Positions 15,682 through 24,876 of a stretch of DNA of 32,000 bases are shown here, in pieces. The DNA is taken from assembly GCA_049414405.1 (NCBI GenBank), contig JBMSAQ010000015.1:90001-122000 (forward strand), written 5' to 3'. Position 1 is the stretch's first letter; each line of letters starts with the position of its first letter. Made by a program: the position numbers and the translations under genes. A model generated the notes under the pieces. The model saw nothing but the letters and a program-made list of their open reading frames with translations. It was not told the DNA's origin and searched no databases. This DNA comes from Candidatus Nanopusillus sp. (GTDB lineage Archaea > Nanobdellota > Nanobdellia > Nanobdellales > Nanobdellaceae).

Positions 15682-16253
15682 ATAACTTTATACTTTTCTG
15701 GTGAAGATTCATAAATTTCTCCAGATGATAACAAATCTTTTATAATATTTAATAATTTTTCTTCATTTATATCAAAGAAATTTTTTATGTCTTTTAAAGA
15801 TACACCATCACCTTTATCATTATCTCTTATAAATCCCAAAATCTGCTTCCTTAATTTTACTTCTTCCGGTAATTCTTCATAGTATATTTTTTCTTCTTTC
15901 TCGTTTTCTTCATCTATTTTATCCTCTTTATTATTTTTCTTTATATTTCTTTTTATTTTTTTAATGAAAAATTTTCTCCATAGGATTTCGTCATCTTCAT
16001 TCAATATGCTCATATATCTTGCGATTACAGAAAAATTATTATTATACTCAGAAACTTTTCCTAGAATTAACAAAGTATCAAATAATTTAATATTATATAC
16101 ATCAAATAGAACAACATCAAAAAATCCAAAAGTATCCAATAATTTTAATCTAATTAATTTCTTTTCTTCCTGAATGTCTATCACTTTTCCAATTAAACAA
16201 ACCTTCTTATCCTTATAATTCTTTAAATCTTTTGAAAATATTGGCAAATACAT
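15678..16253 (-). CDS. OB-fold + C-terminal winged-helix protein, RPA32/Stn1-like (putative ssDNA-binding or replisome partner)
   Basis: The N-terminal pattern VCLIGKVIDIQ...IRLKLLDTFGFFDVVLFD...LLILGKVSEYNNNFSVIARYMSILNEDDEI resembles the RPA32 OB fold. An acidic/basic linker follows. The C-terminal winged helix ends LLSSGEIYESSPEKYKVI. The ATG lies 2 nt after the MCM stop. Confidence 0.5.
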   Translation of the reverse strand: MYLPIFSKDLKNYKDKKVCLIGKVIDIQEEKKLIRLKLLDTFGFFDVVLFDVYNIKLFDTLLILGKVSEYNNNFSVIARYMSILNEDDEILWRKFFIKKIKRNIKKNNKEDKIDEENEKEEKIYYEELPEEVKLRKQILGFIRDNDKGDGVSLKDIKNFFDINEEKLLNIIKDLLSSGEIYESSPEKYKVI

Positions 16254-16255
16254 AT

Positions 16256-18256
16256 TTATACGGCTTTATATTTCTTATCTCCAGATTCATATATATATCC
16301 TTCCTTCAATAATTTTTCAATTGTTTCTTTTACCTTTTCTTCTTCTAGATTATATTTTTTAGATTCATTTAATATTTCATTTAATGGAACACCCTCTGGA
16401 AAATCTTTTTGCAAATCCTTTATTATATCTAATATTTTTGATAGTTTTTGTCTTTGTGTAGAAGAAATTCCAGACATTATTATATCTATATCCAATCTAT
16501 TAGTTTCTGGATTTATTCCAACCTCCTTTAAACTGTATAACAATATTTCTTTTGCAAGATTTACATCATCTTCAGTAACTATTGGAGATAATCTTATCTT
16601 TGCGGAAGCCTCAGCTATTCTTATTATTGACATTAATTGTCTTGTAGTTATTGGTATCGTACCTTCTCCAGAACTAGATCTTAACTTTATATAGAAATCT
16701 TTTACAATATCTAAAGCTGTGTTTGTCCATTGTGGCTCGATTTTCTTTGCATATATTATATATTTTCTTAATAAATCTTTATCCAATGGTGGCTTTCTTT
16801 CTTCTTTTAAACCTTTAAGCAATTCATTAACGATTGTTTCATCTTGTTGGGGGTTTGGTTCATCTATAAGAACAAATATTAAATCAAATCTATTAACTAT
16901 TGTTGGTGGTAAATCTATTTGATCAACTATATTCTTCATTTTATCCCATCTGCCAAACTTTGGATTTGCAGCTGCCAAAATTGATGTTTCTGTTCTAAGT
17001 GTTGCGTGAATATTTGCCTTATCAATTGTTATTGTTTGTTGTTCCATTGCTTCATGTAAAGATTGTAATTCTTCTGTAGATAATTTATCAAGTTCATCAA
17101 TACATACAAGTCCACCAGATGCTAGAACCAATGCTCCAGCTTCTAAAACCCAACCGCCCTTAAATATTTCATCTCTTCTAACAGAAGCAGTTAAACCCAC
17201 TGATGATGATGTTACTCCAACCACATATTTTGATTTTGGAGCAATTTCAGATACATATCTTAATAATTTTGATTTTCCTACACCAGGATCTCCTAAAATT
17301 AATATGTGAATATTTTTTCTTTCATCAACACTTCTCTTTCTTCTTCCACCAGATACTAGTTGTAATGCGATTGCTTTTTTAATTATTTCATACTGTTTTC
17401 CATATAGACTGGGAGCAACAGAATTGGCAATCAAACTTAATATATCCGCAGATTTTGATAATTCTCTTATTTTTCTCTCATCTTCTGCAGATATTGATAT
17501 ATCCTCAACATCTCTATCCACAGGTTCAATATAAATTGCATCTATATATAGGTCTAATATTGCTTTTAAATTTGAACTTTTTAATTCTTTTACAACCCCG
17601 TATACTTTAACTCTTATTCCAGGCAATGTCTTTCTTTCCATTCTTGGTTCACATAGATCTTCCTTTAATATTACAGTAATTTGGGCTGGTTGTTCACCTT
17701 TTTCAATTTGATCTGCAGGCTCTTCAATTAGCAATCTTTGTACATCGATTGTTTCATGATCTATTTCAATAAATTTTCCCTTTGTACCTCCACATACAGG
17801 ACATTTTTTTGGTTTTTCTATTACAAAATTTTTATTTTCAATCCAAAATTCTCCATCACAATTTTCATGTAAATACTTTGTTTTTATAATAAAGGGTCTT
17901 ACTTCGGAAGATATTTTTATTATACCCTCAATTTGTACTAGTTTATCCTTATGTTCAGATCTAATATCTCTTATTCTTATATATCTTAAACTTTCTGGAA
18001 GATTCTTTATTCTTACCTTTACTTTTCTATCCAATCTTTCAGAAAAATATATACTTATTTGTTCTAAAAATTTTTCTGTTTTATTTAATAGAAGATCTAA
18101 TTGTTTATTATTTAAATATGATTTTATTTTTTCATAATCCAATATTACAGATCTTTCTTCTTCTCTAATAAATTTTTCAATTTCTTCTTTTGAAACATCA
18201 AAAATTTGTCCGAGAAATCCAGCACCCAAAATTTCAACTTCCTTTACCTTATCCAT
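16256..18256 (-). CDS. mcm: MCM replicative helicase
   Basis: Zn motif HENCDG...CPVCGG, Walker A GDPGVGKSKLL, Walker B CIDELDK, arginine-finger region NRFDLIF, C-terminal winged helix. Confidence 0.95.
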   Translation of the reverse strand: MDKVKEVEILGAGFLGQIFDVSKEEIEKFIREEERSVILDYEKIKSYLNNKQLDLLLNKTEKFLEQISIYFSERLDRKVKVRIKNLPESLRYIRIRDIRSEHKDKLVQIEGIIKISSEVRPFIIKTKYLHENCDGEFWIENKNFVIEKPKKCPVCGGTKGKFIEIDHETIDVQRLLIEEPADQIEKGEQPAQITVILKEDLCEPRMERKTLPGIRVKVYGVVKELKSSNLKAILDLYIDAIYIEPVDRDVEDISISAEDERKIRELSKSADILSLIANSVAPSLYGKQYEIIKKAIALQLVSGGRRKRSVDERKNIHILILGDPGVGKSKLLRYVSEIAPKSKYVVGVTSSSVGLTASVRRDEIFKGGWVLEAGALVLASGGLVCIDELDKLSTEELQSLHEAMEQQTITIDKANIHATLRTETSILAAANPKFGRWDKMKNIVDQIDLPPTIVNRFDLIFVLIDEPNPQQDETIVNELLKGLKEERKPPLDKDLLRKYIIYAKKIEPQWTNTALDIVKDFYIKLRSSSGEGTIPITTRQLMSIIRIAEASAKIRLSPIVTEDDVNLAKEILLYSLKEVGINPETNRLDIDIIMSGISSTQRQKLSKILDIIKDLQKDFPEGVPLNEILNESKKYNLEEEKVKETIEKLLKEGYIYESGDKKYKAV

Positions 18257-18326
18257 ATATCTTAATATTACAAAAAATACATATAAGGAAAAATATAAAA
18301 ATTAATCAAATGAAAAATATGTATAA

Positions 18327-18416
18327 GGGCCCGTAGCTCAGAGGTGGAGCGCCGGCCTTATAAGGCTACGCTCCTGAGAAAGCCGGAGGTCAGGGGTTCG
18401 AGTCCCCTCGGGCCCA
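18327..18416 (+). tRNA. tRNA-Ile (anticodon UAU) with an 18-nt intron at canonical position 37/38
   Basis: Hand-folded: acceptor GGGCCCG/CGGGCCC, D arm GCTC-AGAGGTG-GAGC, anticodon stem CCGGC/GCCGG, loop CTTATA|intron|A, T arm AGGGG-TTCGAGT-CCCCT, discriminator A. A T5 run follows the 3' end. tRNA call 0.9, isotype call about 0.7. Confidence 0.85.
18363..18380 (+). other. tRNA intron within a canonical bulge-helix-bulge (BHB) motif
   Basis: Central 4-bp helix C57-G78, U58-A77, U59-G76, A60-U75 (last two digits of the coordinates). It is flanked by 3-nt bulges U61-A62-A63 and A79-A80-A81, each cut after its second base. Outer helices are the anticodon stem and G64-G65/C73-C74. Confidence 0.75.
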
Positions 18417-18461
18417 AAAATTTTTATAAAGAATTATCTAAATTAAAATAAAACTAAAAAA

Positions 18462-19793
18462 TTATTTTATTTGTATCTGTTTTTCTTTTACACTTAATAC
18501 CTGCCCAATTCCAATTGTTTTATTCATATCTCTAATTGCAAATCTTCCCAATGATGTGTTTGGGAAATCTTCAAATCTTTCTACTACTAATGGTTTTGTT
18601 GGTACAAACTTTATAATCGCTGCATCTCCTGTCTTTAAGAATTGTGGGTTCTTTTCAACTTCCTGTCCGGTTCTTGGATCTATCTTTGATTGTATTTCTA
18701 CAATTTTACATGCTACTGCTGCAGTATGTATATGTATTACTGGTGTATATCCTACTGCAATTGCGGATGGGTGATGTAATACATAAATTCTTGCCGTAAA
18801 TTCTTCTGCTACCTTTGGTAATGGTTCTCCTAATTTTCCACATACATCCCCTCTTAATATATCACCACTTTCAGGTCCTTTAACATTAAATCCAATATTA
18901 TCTCCTGGTAATGCTTCATCCAATTTTTCATGATGCATTTCTATAGATTTTACTTCACCCACAACACCATTTGGTTTCTTTGATGGTAAAAATATTACCC
19001 TATCACCTGGTTTTAATCTTCCAGATTCTACCTTTCCAGTTGGTACAAGTCCCACACCTTTAATGTTGTATACATCACCAATTGGTATTCTTAATGGTTT
19101 ATCTATCAATCTTGGAGGTTCATCTAAAATATCAAATGCCTCATATATTGTTGGTCCAGTATACCATGGCATTTTCTGTGATCTTTGTATTACATTTTCG
19201 TCTGAAAAGAATGCTGCAATCGGAACAATTGCCTTTATTTGTTTTTCTGTATAACCAATCTGTTTTGCCAATGTTAATACCATGTTCTTTACCTGTTCAT
19301 ATCTCTTCTGATCATAATTTACAGCATCCATTTTTGACACTGCAATAATAATTTGTGGAATTCCCAACGTTCTTAATAGTAATAAATGTTCTCTTCCCTG
19401 TCCTTCTGGACCTAATGATGTTTCTGCTTCACCCGATGCTGCAGAAACTACCAATATTGCTGCATCAGATTGTGCAGTACCGCTAATCATATTCTTTATA
19501 AAGTCTCTATGACCTGGAGCATCTAATATTGTTAACACATATTTCTTTGCAGGTATTTTAATTGCGGCCACATCAATTGTTACTCCTCTTTTTCTTTCTT
19601 CTATTGATTTATCCAATAAGAATGCTAAGTATTCCGATTCTTTTCCAAATTCCTTTGCTATATTCCTTAATTCTTCCAATACTTTTGGATCTATTAAATT
19701 CAAAGATACCATTAGCCTTCCTACTAATGTTGATTTTCCATTGTCTACATGCCCCACTACTACCAAATTAATATGTGGCTTCTCTCTTGCCAT
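18462..19793 (-). CDS. tuf: Translation elongation factor EF-1alpha
   Basis: KPHINLVVVGHVDNGKSTL (G1), DAPGHRDF (G3), SKMD (G4); full-length three-domain layout. Confidence 0.95.
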   Translation of the reverse strand: MAREKPHINLVVVGHVDNGKSTLVGRLMVSLNLIDPKVLEELRNIAKEFGKESEYLAFLLDKSIEERKRGVTIDVAAIKIPAKKYVLTILDAPGHRDFIKNMISGTAQSDAAILVVSAASGEAETSLGPEGQGREHLLLLRTLGIPQIIIAVSKMDAVNYDQKRYEQVKNMVLTLAKQIGYTEKQIKAIVPIAAFFSDENVIQRSQKMPWYTGPTIYEAFDILDEPPRLIDKPLRIPIGDVYNIKGVGLVPTGKVESGRLKPGDRVIFLPSKKPNGVVGEVKSIEMHHEKLDEALPGDNIGFNVKGPESGDILRGDVCGKLGEPLPKVAEEFTARIYVLHHPSAIAVGYTPVIHIHTAAVACKIVEIQSKIDPRTGQEVEKNPQFLKTGDAAIIKFVPTKPLVVERFEDFPNTSLGRFAIRDMNKTIGIGQVLSVKEKQIQIK

Positions 19794-19828
19794 TTAAGAT
19801 TATATTTATAAAAAAATTTATATGTAAT

Positions 19829-20746
19829 TTAGCTAGATACTAAAGGTTGCAATATACTATTAAATAAATTATATGGCAGAGCCCCTGAAAATATAAACAT
19901 TATATATTTATAATCCTCTGTTGTATATACTGAAGGGCTTAATCCATATTGTCTTAATTGATTTAGTACATTATTAACCTGTTGAATTGCTTGGAATGTA
20001 ATTGATGATGTCTTTACAACTACCATAAATGTTGGAGTTCCCCCAATTCCGTATGTGTCCCTATAATATTTTAATTCACTATCTATTTGATTATAGTATT
20101 TTGAACTATTTACACAGGATTCGATTCTATTAACATCCAATCCTAAAGATTGTGCCTTTTTATTAAATTCTCTATATACATCTTGTTGACTTGGTAAAAT
20201 ACTCCAAGACACACCTTGCATTTGATTATGCCAAGCCCAGTTTGCAAGTTTATCCCACGTTTCAAATCCATATAATTTGTATACGCATGTTAAATATTGT
20301 GCTGTTAGATTCGCGTATGGGTGTATCTGATATAGTGGAAAATTGACAAACACCCATGCTATTTTTCCATTATCTATGTAATTTTGTCTAATTTGTGGAA
20401 ATGTTTGTAAGTGAAATAGATTACAATATGGACATTGAAAATCAGAAAATTCATATACAATAACATTTACATTATTTGGATTTCCATATACTGGATCTAT
20501 ATCAGAAATACTTGGCAATGGTGCCTGTGGTAATGTTTGTAAATAAGCTTGTAATTGATTTGAAGGTCCAACAGATGATCCATATATTTTTATATTTGAT
20601 ATTGAATTGGCTATAATGTAAGATCCTATAACTACTGAAATTGCTAACACTATAAATCCAATTATTATTGATTTTTCTACTGTAATATTAAACTTCCGTT
20701 CTTTCTTTTCATTATTTTCTTTATTTTTTTCTTTTTCTATTTCCAT
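19829..20746 (-). CDS. Membrane-anchored DsbA-like thioredoxin-fold oxidoreductase (CPYC)
   Basis: Lys/Glu-rich N-terminus, one TM (IIIGFIVLAISVVIGSYII), then EFSDFQCPYCNLFH and a late GGTPTF (cis-Pro loop-like) motif, typical of DsbA/Thioredoxin_4 proteins. Confidence 0.7.
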   Translation of the reverse strand: MEIEKEKNKENNEKKERKFNITVEKSIIIGFIVLAISVVIGSYIIANSISNIKIYGSSVGPSNQLQAYLQTLPQAPLPSISDIDPVYGNPNNVNVIVYEFSDFQCPYCNLFHLQTFPQIRQNYIDNGKIAWVFVNFPLYQIHPYANLTAQYLTCVYKLYGFETWDKLANWAWHNQMQGVSWSILPSQQDVYREFNKKAQSLGLDVNRIESCVNSSKYYNQIDSELKYYRDTYGIGGTPTFMVVVKTSSITFQAIQQVNNVLNQLRQYGLSPSVYTTEDYKYIMFIFSGALPYNLFNSILQPLVSS

Positions 20747-21001
20747 TTATAATATCTTAATATGAAAGATTTATATTTGTTTAAATTACTTACTTTCAAG
20801 TAAATAAAATACCCCCATTATAAACGGTATTATTGCTAAGATTTTTGAATACGTCAACAAGTAAGTTAAGACTCCCAAAAAAATTATTATTCCAAATATT
20901 ATCACATCTGTTCTATTTATTTTTATCATGAATATTGTTTTATAGAAACATTTTATATACCTTATATTAAATATATAAAATTATGGTAGAATATCGGATC
21001 T

Positions 21002-24000
21002 ATGAACATAAATTGGAATAGAAATATAGAAGAAGAGATAAAAAAATTCTGGAAAGAAAATTATATATATGAAAAATGGATTTTAAAGAGTGAGAAAAAT
21101 AAAAAATACATATTTTTAGAAGGTCCACCATATACAACCGGTTCTCCACATATAGGACATGCATATAATAGAACAATTAAGGATATTGTATTGAGATATT
21201 ACCAAAAGAAAGGATTTAATGTATGGAATCAAGCTGGTTTTGATATGCATGGGTTGCCAATTGAAGTAAAAGTTGAAGAAAAATTAAAGATTAGAGATAA
21301 AAGAGAGATAGAAAAAATTGGTGTTGATAAATTTATTAGAGAGTGTTTTAACTTTGCATACGGATCAATGAAAGAATTTACAAAATTTTACGAAGATATG
21401 GCACATTGGCAAGATATAGATAATCCATATTTACCAATTAAGAATGAGTTTATTGAAAAAGTATGGGAAGCTTTAGCAAAAGGTTATGAAAATAAATTAA
21501 TATATAAAGAAAAGAAGCCCGTTTGGTGGTGTCCTCATTGTCAAACATCATTATCAAAACAAGAAATAGATTTGGGATATGAAGATCCTTTATATAAAAA
21601 AGAGATTTCAAACTCAATCTATGTAAAATTTAAGTCAAAAGATATGGAAAATACATATTATATAATTTGGACAACAACCCCATGGACTTTATTGTACAAT
21701 TTGGGTATTATGGTACATCCAGAATTAAAATATGTAAAAGTAAAAGTTCCAAGGATATGTGTTGAAGAATTTGAAATAGATTATGATAATCATAAAATTA
21801 TAAAAACGAATATTAAGAGAGAAAATGGTTATGAATATTGGATTGTTGCGAAAGATGCATTAGAAAAAATAATGAGTAAATTAAATATTGAATATGAAAT
21901 AGTAGATGAATTTAATGGAAGAGATTTAGAATTTAAAGAATATGAATCCCTGTTCTATGATGAATTAAAAGATTATATAGAAAAGTTTAAATCAGAAAGT
22001 AGTGGGATATTTAGGATTTGGTTATCTAAAGAATATGTAAATACTCAAGAAGGTACTGGTTTGGTCCATTCAGCTCCAGGCTGTGGTTTTGAGGATTATG
22101 AGGTTGCTAAAAAATATAATGTTCCACCATTCAATACAACTGATGAAACAGGAACTATTTTTAATATAAAATATTTTGAAGGATTGGTTGCAAAAAAAGA
22201 TGATTATAAATTTATATTAGAAGTATTAAAGAAGAAAGCTCTGATATACTTTGAATGGTATGAACACGATTATCCAATATGTTGGAGATGTAGAAGTAGA
22301 GTGATTGTTAGATCTCCAGAACAAATATTCATTAATATATCTTTAATAAAACCAAAAGCATTGTTGGATATTGAAAATGTTAATTTTGTACCTGAAGCAG
22401 CAAAAAAGGCATTTATAAATATTGTAAAATCCGCACCAGATTGGGTAATATCTAGACAGAGATATTGGGGAATTCCAATACCGATGTGGGTTGATAAAAA
22501 TGGACATATAAAATTTATTAGAAATGTTGAAGAATTAGAAAAATTAACTGGACATAAATTTAAGGAAATAATAATAGTAATAAAGTTTACAGATTATACT
22601 GAAAAACTATTGTCAAGATATTTTAAAGAAAATAAAATATATTATGAGGATGAAATAAATGATATAAATAAACTCTACGAGATATTCAATAAATATGAAA
22701 ACAAATCTATAGTAATTGTAAATAAATTTAAAGAAGATATATTAAACCAAATAAATGATCTATATTATGTAAGAACACATGGATCAAGAGATTATGAAAT
22801 AATATATTTATATAACTACAATTTACATAGACCATATGTAGATAAATTTACATTCAAATGTGAAATGTGTGGAGAAGAAATGAAAAGAATTCCAGATATA
22901 TTAGATGTATGGGTTGATTCTGGTTCAGCAACAGTTGCAACAGACATATATCCTGTAGATTTCATAACAGAAAATTATGACCAAATTAAAGGATGGTTTT
23001 ACTCTTTAGCAATGATTGGAGAATTATATTATAATGATATACCATATAAAAATGTATATGTTGGTGGATATGTTTTAGATGCATATGGAAGAAAAATGTC
23101 AAAATCCTTAGGAAATGTTGTCTCTCCATATGACATAATCAACAAGTATGGAGCAGACACTATGAGATTATATTTAGGATCTATTGTAGAAGCTTATGAA
23201 GACATAAAATTAAAATGGGAAGATATAAAAGTAAAATATCAGGTATTAAATATATTATTAAACATTTCAACATATTTAGAAGAATATTCTAAATATTACA
23301 ATATAAATCCTGCAAAAATAAATGTAGAAAATTTAAGATGGGAAGATAAATATATGTTACATTTCATAGAAAAAAGAAAAAAAGAAATATACGATGCGTT
23401 AGATAACTATCTAATATGGAAAGCTGGAAGAATATTACAAGATATGATATTAGAATTATCAAGATTTTATATAAAAGCAACAAGAGAAAGAATAAAGAGA
23501 GAACCCGATAAAGTATTATTTGTAATATATAAATCTCTATATAATATAATAAATATAGGATCTGTTATAGTTCCATTTATTTCTGAATATATTTATCAAA
23601 AATTGAGAAATTTATATAAATTAGAAGGCGAATCAATAATTTTAGAAGACTTACCAAAAGTTGAAGAACAATATATGGATAAAAAAATAGAAAAAGAATG
23701 TGAGTTATTTAATATAATTGTTGAAAATGCATTAAAACTAAGAAATATGATAAACATAAATATAAGAAGGCCATTGAAAACATTATATTTATATAAAGAT
23801 GATGGGAGTGTTTTATTTGAAATCTTAAATAATAATGATATTGTAGAATTATTAAAAGATTACCTGAATGTAAAAGAAATAAAGATTGATAATGTAGAAA
23901 AGGATTATGTAACTGCACAAACCGATTATGGAATTATAAAAATAGGGTTTGATACCAAATATTATCCAGAATTGGAAGAAGAATGGTTATATAGGGAAAT

Positions 24001-24229
24001 AAAAAGAAGATTACAAGATATAAGAAAAGAAAACAAATTAAGAAAAGGTCAAAGGGCAAATATAGAAATATACGCTGATGAAAAGCTGTTAAATATAATA
24101 AAAAAATATAAAGATATCTTAGAAAAGGATACGGATACCATAATAATGATAAAGGACTCAAAAGATGATTTAAACAATGTAGAAAGGATATATGAAATGA
24201 GCATATTTTATAGGCTAAATATTTTATAA
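21002..24229 (+). CDS. ileS: Isoleucine--tRNA ligase
   Basis: GPPYTTGSPHIGHAYN (HIGH), WTTTPWTL and GTGLVHSAPGCGFEDY (CP1 editing domain), RQRYWGIPIP, DVWVDSGS, KMSKS (GRKMSKSLGN). Confidence 0.9.
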   Translation: MNINWNRNIEEEIKKFWKENYIYEKWILKSEKNKKYIFLEGPPYTTGSPHIGHAYNRTIKDIVLRYYQKKGFNVWNQAGFDMHGLPIEVKVEEKLKIRDKREIEKIGVDKFIRECFNFAYGSMKEFTKFYEDMAHWQDIDNPYLPIKNEFIEKVWEALAKGYENKLIYKEKKPVWWCPHCQTSLSKQEIDLGYEDPLYKKEISNSIYVKFKSKDMENTYYIIWTTTPWTLLYNLGIMVHPELKYVKVKVPRICVEEFEIDYDNHKIIKTNIKRENGYEYWIVAKDALEKIMSKLNIEYEIVDEFNGRDLEFKEYESLFYDELKDYIEKFKSESSGIFRIWLSKEYVNTQEGTGLVHSAPGCGFEDYEVAKKYNVPPFNTTDETGTIFNIKYFEGLVAKKDDYKFILEVLKKKALIYFEWYEHDYPICWRCRSRVIVRSPEQIFINISLIKPKALLDIENVNFVPEAAKKAFINIVKSAPDWVISRQRYWGIPIPMWVDKNGHIKFIRNVEELEKLTGHKFKEIIIVIKFTDYTEKLLSRYFKENKIYYEDEINDINKLYEIFNKYENKSIVIVNKFKEDILNQINDLYYVRTHGSRDYEIIYLYNYNLHRPYVDKFTFKCEMCGEEMKRIPDILDVWVDSGSATVATDIYPVDFITENYDQIKGWFYSLAMIGELYYNDIPYKNVYVGGYVLDAYGRKMSKSLGNVVSPYDIINKYGADTMRLYLGSIVEAYEDIKLKWEDIKVKYQVLNILLNISTYLEEYSKYYNINPAKINVENLRWEDKYMLHFIEKRKKEIYDALDNYLIWKAGRILQDMILELSRFYIKATRERIKREPDKVLFVIYKSLYNIINIGSVIVPFISEYIYQKLRNLYKLEGESIILEDLPKVEEQYMDKKIEKECELFNIIVENALKLRNMININIRRPLKTLYLYKDDGSVLFEILNNNDIVELLKDYLNVKEIKIDNVEKDYVTAQTDYGIIKIGFDTKYYPELEEEWLYREIKRRLQDIRKENKLRKGQRANIEIYADEKLLNIIKKYKDILEKDTDTIIMIKDSKDDLNNVERIYEMSIFYRLNIL

Positions 24230-24251
24230 GTTTTTATTAAATTTATTAAAA

Positions 24252-24845
24252 ATGGTTACATGGGAGATCTCGAACGCTGTTGTTACAATATATTTTAATG
24301 TAAGGTTACCATTAGATAAAATTGCAAATCTAATTCCTTATGCTCAATATGATCCAGAAACCTTTCCTGGATTAATTATACCATTAAAGGGAAGTGGGGG
24401 TAAAGAAGAAAATATTAAAGCATTAGTATTTAATAGTGGAACGATAAATATATCTGGAATAAAAAAATTGGAAGATATAGAATATGTGGCAAAAAAATTG
24501 AGAGAATTATTTAAACAAATTGATATAGAACTTCCAAAAGATTATAAAATAAAGGTACAAAACATTGTTGTAAATGGAAAATTCGATTATGATAATATAG
24601 ACATAATAAGATTGGCAGATGAAGTACCAGATTCTCAATACAATCCAGAAGCCTTTCCAGCTGTTACTGTTGTATTCGATATATCTGAAAATTATAGAAT
24701 AAAATTTAATGTATTCAAAAATGGAAAATTTGTATGTCCTGGATTAAAAGGAGAATTTAATAGTTTTGATGAAATTAAACGACATGTAGATTATGTATTA
24801 AATTCGTTCCAAGAAAAAGTAATAAAAAAATATGCGAAAAAATAG
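24252..24845 (+). CDS. tbp: TATA-box binding protein (divergent)
   Basis: Two internal repeats: YDPETFPGLIIPLK...ALVFNSGTINISG and YNPEAFPAVTVVF...FNVFKNGKFVCPG. The first repeat carries a short Gly/Glu-rich insertion, and there is no acidic tail. Confidence 0.8.
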   Translation: MVTWEISNAVVTIYFNVRLPLDKIANLIPYAQYDPETFPGLIIPLKGSGGKEENIKALVFNSGTINISGIKKLEDIEYVAKKLRELFKQIDIELPKDYKIKVQNIVVNGKFDYDNIDIIRLADEVPDSQYNPEAFPAVTVVFDISENYRIKFNVFKNGKFVCPGLKGEFNSFDEIKRHVDYVLNSFQEKVIKKYAKK

Positions 24846-24876
24846 CTTATAAATATATTTTATCATACATAAAACT

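Noticed and set aside
19740-19742. The EF-1alpha P-loop reads GHVDNGKS rather than the GHVDHGKS common in archaeal and bacterial factors.
   Set aside because: This position varies among translational GTPases (Ser in eukaryotic eEF1A, Ala in eRF3/HBS1-type factors). The rest of the protein is a full-length canonical EF-1alpha, so I do not treat it as a paralog or anomaly.
20786-20928. A possible 48-aa two-helix membrane mini-ORF: MIKINRTDVIIFGIIIF, then LGVLTYLLTYSKILAIIPFIMGVFYLLESK in the +1 frame. The two halves are split at an A6/T6 homopolymer (20877-20882).
   Set aside because: As sequenced, the first frame stops after 20 codons and the second half has no ATG. This could be a homopolymer sequencing error or a dead gene, but hydrophobic-looking frames are common in this composition. 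Worth a look only if read-level data are available.
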